Positions 57,540-64,000 of a DNA stretch of 64,000 bases are shown one piece after another. The notes beneath the pieces are model-generated. The model worked only from the letters and a program-made list of their open reading frames with translations, was not told the origin of the DNA and searched no databases. The stretch spans positions 649 to 64,648 of the forward strand of contig JAZDNO010000005.1 of the NCBI GenBank assembly GCA_043799545.1, given 5' to 3'. Every line of letters begins with the position of its first letter. Position 1 is the stretch's first letter. This DNA comes from Methanobacteriota archaeon (GTDB lineage Archaea; Thermoplasmatota; Thermoplasmata; SG8-5; DAIRED01). Both the position numbers and the translations under genes were made by a program.

Positions 57540-57851
57540 GTGGTTCAGGCTACTTCGGTGAGCATACAGAAGATTTTCGTCCACAGGGACGAGCATCTGG
57601 TGGGCATAGAGGTAAACGAAGGCCAGCGAGTCAAGTTCTACAGTTACACCTACTACGTCAACATGAGGGATTCCTGGCAACCGTGCGTGCGGTGGGACAA
57701 CGCCGAGCAGCAGCCTCACGTGGACAGATACGATGAGAACGGCACTCTCATCGAGCAGCAGCACTGCCGGGAGAAGAATTTCAAAGAGGTGCTGAAGCTC
57801 GTGAAGATATTCCGGCGGAACCTGGCGGCCATGAATTTGGCGGAGTTGTGA
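57540..57851 (+). CDS. Hypothetical small protein.
   Basis: A 103-aa ORF, 33 nt upstream of the next gene; no recognisable motifs. Confidence 0.3.
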   Translation: MVQATSVSIQKIFVHRDEHLVGIEVNEGQRVKFYSYTYYVNMRDSWQPCVRWDNAEQQPHVDRYDENGTLIEQQHCREKNFKEVLKLVKIFRRNLAAMNLAEL

Positions 57852-57884
57852 GATGCGCGCCATTTTCGAAGGGGGGGCGTCCTG

Positions 57885-58328
57885 ATGCGCGTGGAACTGA
57901 TAAAACACTATACGACGGAAGACGTGGAATCTGAGCTGAGGCGGCTCGCCGACTCCTACGTCACCCTCGATTCGCTTTCCCAGAAGGTGTCTGTAACCAA
58001 ATGTAACAACCCGAAGCTTCAGGACGAACTGATGCTGTGGCGCGCTCTCCAAATACCTCATGTCGAGGTGCGAACGTCGGTCGCGTTCGAGGGTTCGGAA
58101 AAGGTTGCGAACATCACGCCTGCCAGGATAGACCTTCTCGAGGCCATCCGGCGCACGAGGCCCCATTCCGTCAGGGAGCTGGCATTATCTGTAAAAAGGA
58201 ATTACAAAAACGTCTACGACGACATCCAGGCTCTAAGCGATGTCGGTCTGGTCGAATTGGTGGTCAAAGGCCGAAAAAGCCGTCCCGTCTGCACGGCGGA
58301 CGAGATAAAATTCAGTTTGGAAAGCTAA
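57885..58328 (+). CDS. Winged-helix DNA-binding protein.
   Basis: C-terminal wHTH ARIDLLEAIRRTRPHSVRELALSVKRNYKNVYDDIQALSDVGLVEL. Confidence 0.4.
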   Translation: MRVELIKHYTTEDVESELRRLADSYVTLDSLSQKVSVTKCNNPKLQDELMLWRALQIPHVEVRTSVAFEGSEKVANITPARIDLLEAIRRTRPHSVRELALSVKRNYKNVYDDIQALSDVGLVELVVKGRKSRPVCTADEIKFSLES

Positions 58329-58396
58329 TTTACTTTCCACACCATAACTTTCTCATTTACGCATCTGGATTGATATGTTTACTTTCCACACCATAA
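58329..58396. promoter_or_regulatory. Intergenic 19-nt direct repeat (TTTACTTTCCACACCATAA, two copies 49 nt apart) upstream of the AT-rich gene at 58446.
   Basis: Exact 19-mer at 58329–58347 and 58378–58396, in an AT-rich spacer directly after the stop of the wHTH gene. Confidence 0.4.
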
Positions 58397-58445
58397 TTAA
58401 AATCTCAGAAATATATTTAAACAAGTACAACTATTAACCCATGCT

Positions 58446-58970
58446 ATGAAAGCGCAAAAATATGAAGATGTGCAATTCATAATAAGTCAAGATGGGGACG
58501 GAGAGCCCAACCTCAACTTGGTTTGGAAAGAAGGCGGGCTGTTCCTCTCTTTGTCTGGACTATTCATTTCTGACGGAGACACCTGGTACGAGCTGCCAGT
58601 GAAGGACTTGGTCAATGTGAACATCATCAACGAGGAGCCTTTGCAGCTCAGATTTAAAATCCCCGCGCTGGACGTCGTGGTTACGGGGAAGCGGGCCGAG
58701 AGGCTGCTGGCACTGCGGCATTTCCTGCTTCCATACATCAAGCGCGAGAAAGACGGCAGCGGGATGAAGGGGCTAATCAAATTTTGGGCGGTCGGAATCT
58801 ACGATTTGGACATACTCAGCAGGCTGATGTCTGAGGAAGAGTCCGTCGTCATCAACATGATAAACAAGGCCAAAAAAGACGGCCTGGTGTCGGAAGATGG
58901 GAGGGTGACCGAGAAGGGCCTCTCCCTTCTGAGTGCGAGCGAGCGCAAAATCCTGAAGGGGTCGCTGTAA
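58446..58970 (+). CDS. Hypothetical protein in an AT-richer segment.
   Basis: A 174-aa ORF. Local GC is clearly lower (58330–58980) than in flanking genes. Confidence 0.35.
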   Translation: MKAQKYEDVQFIISQDGDGEPNLNLVWKEGGLFLSLSGLFISDGDTWYELPVKDLVNVNIINEEPLQLRFKIPALDVVVTGKRAERLLALRHFLLPYIKREKDGSGMKGLIKFWAVGIYDLDILSRLMSEEESVVINMINKAKKDGLVSEDGRVTEKGLSLLSASERKILKGSL

Positions 58971-58972
58971 CA

Positions 58973-59857
58973 ATGCAGAACGGACCAAACTTCGGAAGCT
59001 TCGCCGAAGCCGTCACGACGCTCGGCAAGCTCACGAAGATGGAGAGCGCCATCCAGGCCGCGATAAAAAATTCCCAGGTCCCTCCGAGGGAGACGAGGAA
59101 GCTCCTCAAGTGCTCGAAGCCGGCCGAAGCAGGCAACACTCCGATTTTCCAGTTCATGCGGGAGCTGTTCCGGAGGATGGATCTGGGGGAGTTGGAGATA
59201 GCATCGCTGGACATTTTCAAGATGAGCTTCCGCGTAAGGGACTGCCCCGTCTGCAGGCTCTACCCCAACGTCAAAGACAAGCACACTTGCTACGTGACCA
59301 CGGACGCCCTTGCGCAGTTCTTCAACAAGGACCTCTCGATACCCTCGACCTCAGAGGAGGTATTGTGCAAGAACAACGGCGACGACGTCTGCGAATTCAT
59401 AGTGTCGATGCAGCCCCTCGCCGTTTACCAGCTCGCGCTCGATGCCTGCGACAGGGACATCATCGGCCACCTGCCGTCCATGAAAGAAACCGCCGCACTA
59501 TCAAAGGCCGTGGACATATCGGAGGACGAGGCCACGTACCGCCTCGATGCCCTGAGGCGCTACCACATCCTCGACGCTGGGAACCACCTCACAGAGATAG
59601 GCGAAACCTACCAGAAGTTCGGCCAGAGCTTCAAACTCCCCGACGAGGACTTTCCGCCGCCGTGGAAGGACATGTCCGAGATATCCGAATCGATATCCGC
59701 GTCCGTGTCGTTCGCCGAGGCCTTCACCGAGGCCGCGGAGACCGAGCCGATATTCGACGTGAAGCGCGAGGACATCGTCAACCTCGCCGAAAAGGCCAAG
59801 AGCTCGAAGAGCTTCGCGGAGTTGATTTCCAAGAACATCTCGAAGGAGGAAGAATAA
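58973..59857 (+). CDS. V4R-domain-containing protein with an acidic C-terminal tail.
   Basis: CPVCRLYPNVKDKHTCYVTTDALAQFF…VLCKNNGDDVCEFIV parallels the Cys spacing of the V4R protein at 49482–49925. Confidence 0.45.
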   Translation: MQNGPNFGSFAEAVTTLGKLTKMESAIQAAIKNSQVPPRETRKLLKCSKPAEAGNTPIFQFMRELFRRMDLGELEIASLDIFKMSFRVRDCPVCRLYPNVKDKHTCYVTTDALAQFFNKDLSIPSTSEEVLCKNNGDDVCEFIVSMQPLAVYQLALDACDRDIIGHLPSMKETAALSKAVDISEDEATYRLDALRRYHILDAGNHLTEIGETYQKFGQSFKLPDEDFPPPWKDMSEISESISASVSFAEAFTEAAETEPIFDVKREDIVNLAEKAKSSKSFAELISKNISKEEE

Positions 59858-59870
59858 CGGAGGGAATGGC

Positions 59871-60752
59871 ATGGCCACGGAGAGGATAAAGACGGGAATA
59901 TTCGGCCTCGACCAGCTGATCGAGGGCGGCGTGAGGGACAATACCGCTGTAGTCATCGTAGGCTCGAGCGGTACGGGAAAGACCACATTCGCGATGCAGT
60001 TCCTGATGCATGGAATTGACAACGGCGAGCAGGGGCTCTACGTGACGATGGAAGAGTCGCCCGAGCAGATAATGAAAGAGGCGGAGATGATGGGCTGGGA
60101 CATGAAGAAGCACTACGAGAAGAGCCTTTTCTTCATCCACCTCAAGGGGAAGAACTTCAAGAAGATGATCGAGGAGCAGCTCCCCAACCTGGTCAAGGCG
60201 CGTAGCGACTACGACATCAGGACGCGCGTCGTCATCGACCCGATGACCCCCGTAATCTGGGCATCGGAGGACAAGCTCGAGCAGCGCGAGCTCATAGGCA
60301 AGCTGTTCTACACCCTGAAGGAACTGGGTGTCGTGATGGCCACGGTCGAGGAGCACTCGAAGCCAGGCGAGATAATAGGCGAGGACGTCCTGCTGCCAAT
60401 ATACCTCTCGGACGGCGTCATCGACCTCGAATACTACCCAATCGGCGGCGCGTTCAACCGCACTCTTAAGATAATCAAGATGAGGGGAACGAAACACGGC
60501 GAGGGAGTTTATCCGTACATCTTCGCCAGGGGCGCGGGAGTCATAGTCCGCTCGTCTCCGAGCGAGGCCGGAACGACCGCTCCGGGGAAGAGCTTCGACC
60601 AGGTCTTCGACGAGGCGATAAAGACTGCTGAATTCATCAAGGCTCCGCCGCACGTCATCGACCGGCTGCAGAAGATGAAGAAGGGCTGGAACTACGACTA
60701 CTCGCCGGAGGAAGCGCTCCAGATAATCTTCGACTCGTACGGGCTGAAGTGA
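59871..60752 (+). CDS. KaiC-like/RecA-superfamily ATPase.
   Basis: Walker A (GSSGTGKTT), GIFGLDQLIEGGV, Walker B (RVVIDPMT). Confidence 0.75.
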   Translation: MATERIKTGIFGLDQLIEGGVRDNTAVVIVGSSGTGKTTFAMQFLMHGIDNGEQGLYVTMEESPEQIMKEAEMMGWDMKKHYEKSLFFIHLKGKNFKKMIEEQLPNLVKARSDYDIRTRVVIDPMTPVIWASEDKLEQRELIGKLFYTLKELGVVMATVEEHSKPGEIIGEDVLLPIYLSDGVIDLEYYPIGGAFNRTLKIIKMRGTKHGEGVYPYIFARGAGVIVRSSPSEAGTTAPGKSFDQVFDEAIKTAEFIKAPPHVIDRLQKMKKGWNYDYSPEEALQIIFDSYGLK

Positions 60753-60763
60753 GGAGGTAGGAG

Positions 60764-61555
60764 ATGGAGACGAGGAAAAAGATAGACAAGACCCTCGACG
60801 CCGAGAACGCGATGCTCCTGAAGCACCTGCTGGACATGGAGCTACGCAGGCTCAGGGAGGACAATGGGATTGACATAGTCCTCTTCATAGGCGTCGACGG
60901 CCGAACCTTCGCCTCAAACATACCGAACGTCTTGTCCGCGCCCCAGTTTCGCCTGCTCAACCTCATCAAGGGGAACCTGCCGTACATCTGCGGCCAACTG
61001 TACGCGGAGAACTTGAAGTTCAGCATCCAGCAATACAAGCACAGCACCGTGATAATCACCGGCGTCGGGGACAACGCCTTCCTCGCGTCCTTAATCGCGA
61101 AGGAGATAGACCTCACGAACGTCCAGGGGCTCGTCAAGAACCTGCTCCGCAGCAGCACGGTCCTGAGGCACGTATTCGAGCTGAGGCCGTTGACGGCCGT
61201 GGCGATGCAGGGTTACGACCCGGAGGTCGTAGACGAGCTGAACAAGCTCAGCCGCCTGCTGTTCGTGGAGAAGTTCGAGGACACCCGTGGCTTCAAGCGC
61301 AACCAGGAGCTCCTGGCCGACTTCAAGAAGAAGATTGGAAGCGTCGTGGGCGTGGGGAACGTCGAGGAGGTCGTGACGCTGACCTTCAACGAGCTCGGGA
61401 CGAACTTCGCCTACATGACCAACGAGCAATGGATGGCGTTCCTGAAGATGGCGATAGACCAGCACATCCGCAAGTTGAGGGGGGACCTGGTAGCGGACGA
61501 GTGCGCGAATACATGGATACCAGAGCTGGAGCGCAAGCTTAAATCGTTCGTGTGA
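60764..61555 (+). CDS. KaiC-associated protein, possibly roadblock/LC7-like or a DUF835 analog.
   Basis: A 263-aa ORF. The N-terminal segment GIDIVLFIGVDGRTFAS resembles roadblock/MglB-type strands. Its position after KaiC mirrors the DUF835 gene in the other module. Confidence 0.3.
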   Translation: METRKKIDKTLDAENAMLLKHLLDMELRRLREDNGIDIVLFIGVDGRTFASNIPNVLSAPQFRLLNLIKGNLPYICGQLYAENLKFSIQQYKHSTVIITGVGDNAFLASLIAKEIDLTNVQGLVKNLLRSSTVLRHVFELRPLTAVAMQGYDPEVVDELNKLSRLLFVEKFEDTRGFKRNQELLADFKKKIGSVVGVGNVEEVVTLTFNELGTNFAYMTNEQWMAFLKMAIDQHIRKLRGDLVADECANTWIPELERKLKSFV

Positions 61556-61562
61556 GGTCCAG

Positions 61563-63887
61563 ATGAGCAAGAAGAAGCCCAATCGAGGCGCGAAGCGGAA
61601 GGCCAAGGCGGAAGTGGTGCAAAGAACAGCGGTCGAGCCATCAGCGACGCCGAAGCCCAAGGCGGCCATGCGTTTGGCCTGCTCCAACTGCGGCAAGACG
61701 GTCAAGGACCAGCGCACCCTCAAGATACACCAAAGCAATTGCAAGGCGGTCCGGCAAAAAGGGGAAGCGGAACGCACCAAGCCGGACCCCATGCTCGCCG
61801 CGCTCATAGACCTGAAGGACGCGATGGCTTCCGAGCGCACGGAGATGCTCAAGCTGGTCGCCGAGAGGGACGCGATTTTCAAGGAGCAGATGTCGGCGAA
61901 GGCGCCGGCGGCGGTGGAAGACGAAAAGCCCGCGCCTCCAAGGGTGGAGCCCGCGATGGCAGCACCACAGAGACAGTCTTCCCCCCACGGAATGGACATG
62001 GGCTCCTATTACGAGAGGCCCGAGCCGTGGATGGAGCAGGCTGGAGCTAGGCAATATTACAGGCAGTATCCGCCGCCGCCATCGCCGGAACCGCCGCCCC
62101 TTTCGCAGGAAGACATCAGGGCGCTCGTGAAAGGCGAGGTTCAGGCGGCTGTCGAAGGGATTGCGGGCTCGGCGGGGAAAAACCTCTCGGAGGACGAGGT
62201 GGCCGCGATTGCTCGAAAAGTGACGGAGGCGGCACTGGCCGGTGTTCCGGAATCCGGCGCCAGCACCGAGGAGGTGGGCTCTCTGGCGAAATCCCTCGAC
62301 GCGAAGCTTGCGGCAGTCGAGCGGCGCATTTCGGAGATGGACCAGCGCATGACCCAGCTCGCGGTGGAGCGGCTGGACCCGTCCAAGTTCCTGAGGTTCG
62401 GGAAGGACATCGAGCGCCTGGACTGGAAGGTCGAGGCGCTGATGGACGAGGTCGGGTTCGGCGACAGCCTCGACGTTTCCAAGATACCGTCGAACATCCT
62501 CGAGATTGTCTACCAGGCCACCCTGGAAGACGTGGTGCGCGAGCTCGGCAAGACTCGCAGCGCCCAGGAGGTCGGCACGATAATCGAGGACACGCTGGAG
62601 GAGGTCAGGAAGAACACCAGCGGGAGCGAGCTCTTCAGGTACAACGGCAGGAGGATACTGACGGAGAATTTGGCCAGGTCAATCGACCACGGGTTGATTT
62701 CCGCGAAGCAGATACAGACGACCTACGCCGAACTTCTCAACACGCTGCTCGCGAGCGTGCCAGCATACAAGCCCAAGAACTTCAGGGCGATGATAAAGAT
62801 AAAGAGCCAGGAATACGCAGTCGACAGGGTCACCCACCTTCTGGGCCGCGCCGAGAATTCAGACAAGATAATCGACAACATGGGACAGATGATAGCCGCA
62901 TTCTCGGCCCAGAGCAACGCCCGCTTCAACCAGTTCTCGGCCAGGCTGGACGAGGTCGCGGGGCCGATGCTGGAGCGCAAGGTCGACGCGTCGCAGTTCG
63001 AGGAGGCGCGCCTGGCGATAAACGAGGTCAGGCTCTCCGTGGCGGAGCTGGCAAGGGAGAGCAGCCGCCTTCTGGCAAAGCTCGAGCTGGGCTCTGTGGA
63101 AGTGCAGCACGACGCGCCTGCCGAGCCCCGTGCAGAGGCCGACGGCGCCGGGCCGTCCCCGGCAATCGAGGTAACCGAAGGGGAGAAGCTCGTGATGAGC
63201 ATGCTCGCCGATGGCGACCTAAGCGTGAGCGCGTTGAGGAAGCGCGCCGAATCATTCCTGTCGCCCGAGGACGTCAAGGCCGCGCTGGAAGGCCTGCACA
63301 CAAAAGGTCTAGTCGAATCGAAGAAATGGAAGAAAGGCAAGAGGCTTTCCCTGGTCAGCCCTGCCCAGGAGCGGGAGGGAGACGGACCTTCGGGCGTGCA
63401 GGAGCCAGCCTCCTCCGAAGGAGCGCCTGACGAGGTCGTCTACGCGCCCGAGGCAGACCAGGGGCGTACGTCAGAGCCCGCCGAAGCTGGAGCGGAGGGG
63501 CCCGACCCTTCCGGGCCCGAGTCTCGGGGCCAGGAACCTGTGGCGGCGCCCGAAGCGGCGGAAGCGGATGCTGCGAACGAGGGTGCCGCGGGAGCAGGCC
63601 TTTCGGAACAGCCGGAGGAAACCGGGCCCGAGGAGGAGAAACCAGAGCCGCCCGCCAAGCCCGTGGAGCTGACGCAGGTGCAGAAGCGCGTCCTGGAGGC
63701 GATAGGCGAGGGGGCGACGATGCCGTCGCTCCGGAGCGCGCTGGACGACTTGAAGTACACGGAGATACTGGTATCCGTGCGCGTGCTCATAGACTGCGGC
63801 CTAGTCACCGCAGAGAGCCACGGGCGCGGCACAACGTACATGAGGGTCAAAGGAGCCAATAGAGAGGAGGTGAAAAACGATGCTTGA
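61563..63887 (+). CDS. Large (774 aa) protein: N-terminal zinc-finger-like motif, long coiled coil, acidic P/E/A-rich linker, two winged-helix domains.
   Basis: CSNCGKTVKDQRTLKIHQSNC (C2-HC-like). Extended heptad regions. Internal wHTH (LVMSMLADGDLSVSALRKRAESFLSPEDVKAALEGLHTKGLV). C-terminal wHTH (VQKRVLEAIGEGATMPSLRSALDDLKYTEILVSVRVLIDCGLV). Confidence 0.45.
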   Translation: MSKKKPNRGAKRKAKAEVVQRTAVEPSATPKPKAAMRLACSNCGKTVKDQRTLKIHQSNCKAVRQKGEAERTKPDPMLAALIDLKDAMASERTEMLKLVAERDAIFKEQMSAKAPAAVEDEKPAPPRVEPAMAAPQRQSSPHGMDMGSYYERPEPWMEQAGARQYYRQYPPPPSPEPPPLSQEDIRALVKGEVQAAVEGIAGSAGKNLSEDEVAAIARKVTEAALAGVPESGASTEEVGSLAKSLDAKLAAVERRISEMDQRMTQLAVERLDPSKFLRFGKDIERLDWKVEALMDEVGFGDSLDVSKIPSNILEIVYQATLEDVVRELGKTRSAQEVGTIIEDTLEEVRKNTSGSELFRYNGRRILTENLARSIDHGLISAKQIQTTYAELLNTLLASVPAYKPKNFRAMIKIKSQEYAVDRVTHLLGRAENSDKIIDNMGQMIAAFSAQSNARFNQFSARLDEVAGPMLERKVDASQFEEARLAINEVRLSVAELARESSRLLAKLELGSVEVQHDAPAEPRAEADGAGPSPAIEVTEGEKLVMSMLADGDLSVSALRKRAESFLSPEDVKAALEGLHTKGLVESKKWKKGKRLSLVSPAQEREGDGPSGVQEPASSEGAPDEVVYAPEADQGRTSEPAEAGAEGPDPSGPESRGQEPVAAPEAAEADAANEGAAGAGLSEQPEETGPEEEKPEPPAKPVELTQVQKRVLEAIGEGATMPSLRSALDDLKYTEILVSVRVLIDCGLVTAESHGRGTTYMRVKGANREEVKNDA

Positions 63888-64000
63888 CGTATCGCTGGTA
63901 TCGCTCATCCAGGACATGAGCGAAAAGGCCGGCGTAGAGGGAACAATACAGTATTGGGCCAGGGTAGGTGAAAGCCTCGCGAAAAGGATGGGAAAGGAAG
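63881..64000 (+). CDS. Hypothetical protein, 5' fragment truncated by the window end.
   Basis: An ATG overlaps the stop of the preceding gene; the reading frame stays open to the window edge (MLDVSLVSLIQDMSEKAGVEG…). Confidence 0.3.

Noticed and set aside
1-64000. CRISPR arrays and rRNA genes.
   Set aside because: No regularly spaced 25–40-nt direct repeats with unique spacers were seen. The only tandem repeats are in-frame coding microsatellites and zinc-ribbon units. No rRNA-like conserved stretches are present.

Overview
This is a high-GC (~60%) archaeal chromosomal segment with dense coding on both strands; no rRNA or CRISPR array was found. Archaeal lineage markers include class I LysRS, a COG1395 HTH regulator, MptD, GfcR, an archaeal-type psd/pssA pair, methanogen-type SHMT, COG1340 coiled-coil protein, several KaiC-like/V4R/DUF835 modules, translin, PEF-CTERM sorting signals, and tRNAs with an A1:U72 acceptor pair.

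Housekeeping content: gcvT (5' partial), tmk, psd–pssA lipid head-group operon, lysK, glyA, pdxS, cobO, hypC–hypA–hypD, two HDAC-family genes, a CPA2 antiporter and an EamA transporter. Peptidase genes are unusually dense (M42 pseudogene, secreted M28–BNR propeller fusion, M18, M29, M32, M3B).

The most unusual content:
1. From 22.5 to 39 kb there is a duplicated three-gene module: KaiC-like ATPase, winged-helix regulator, and a giant (1640 aa / 2832 aa) membrane protein. Each giant protein has cytoplasmic zinc-ribbon arrays and (T/V)NG(L/R) microsatellite repeats, one transmembrane helix, and an extracellular region with Ca-binding TSP3-like, lamin-tail and DUF11 domains ending in a PEF-CTERM anchor.
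2. From 13.0 to 16.4 kb there is a bacterial-type glutaminyl-tRNA synthetase flanked by two different tRNA-Gln(CUG) genes. One tRNA is followed by a hairpin-rich, tRNA-fragment-containing region and a low-GC GNAT gene.
3. There are two paralogous V4R–KaiC–roadblock/DUF835 modules (48.3–49.9 kb; 59.0–61.6 kb); the second is followed by a 774-aa zinc-finger / coiled-coil / wHTH protein.
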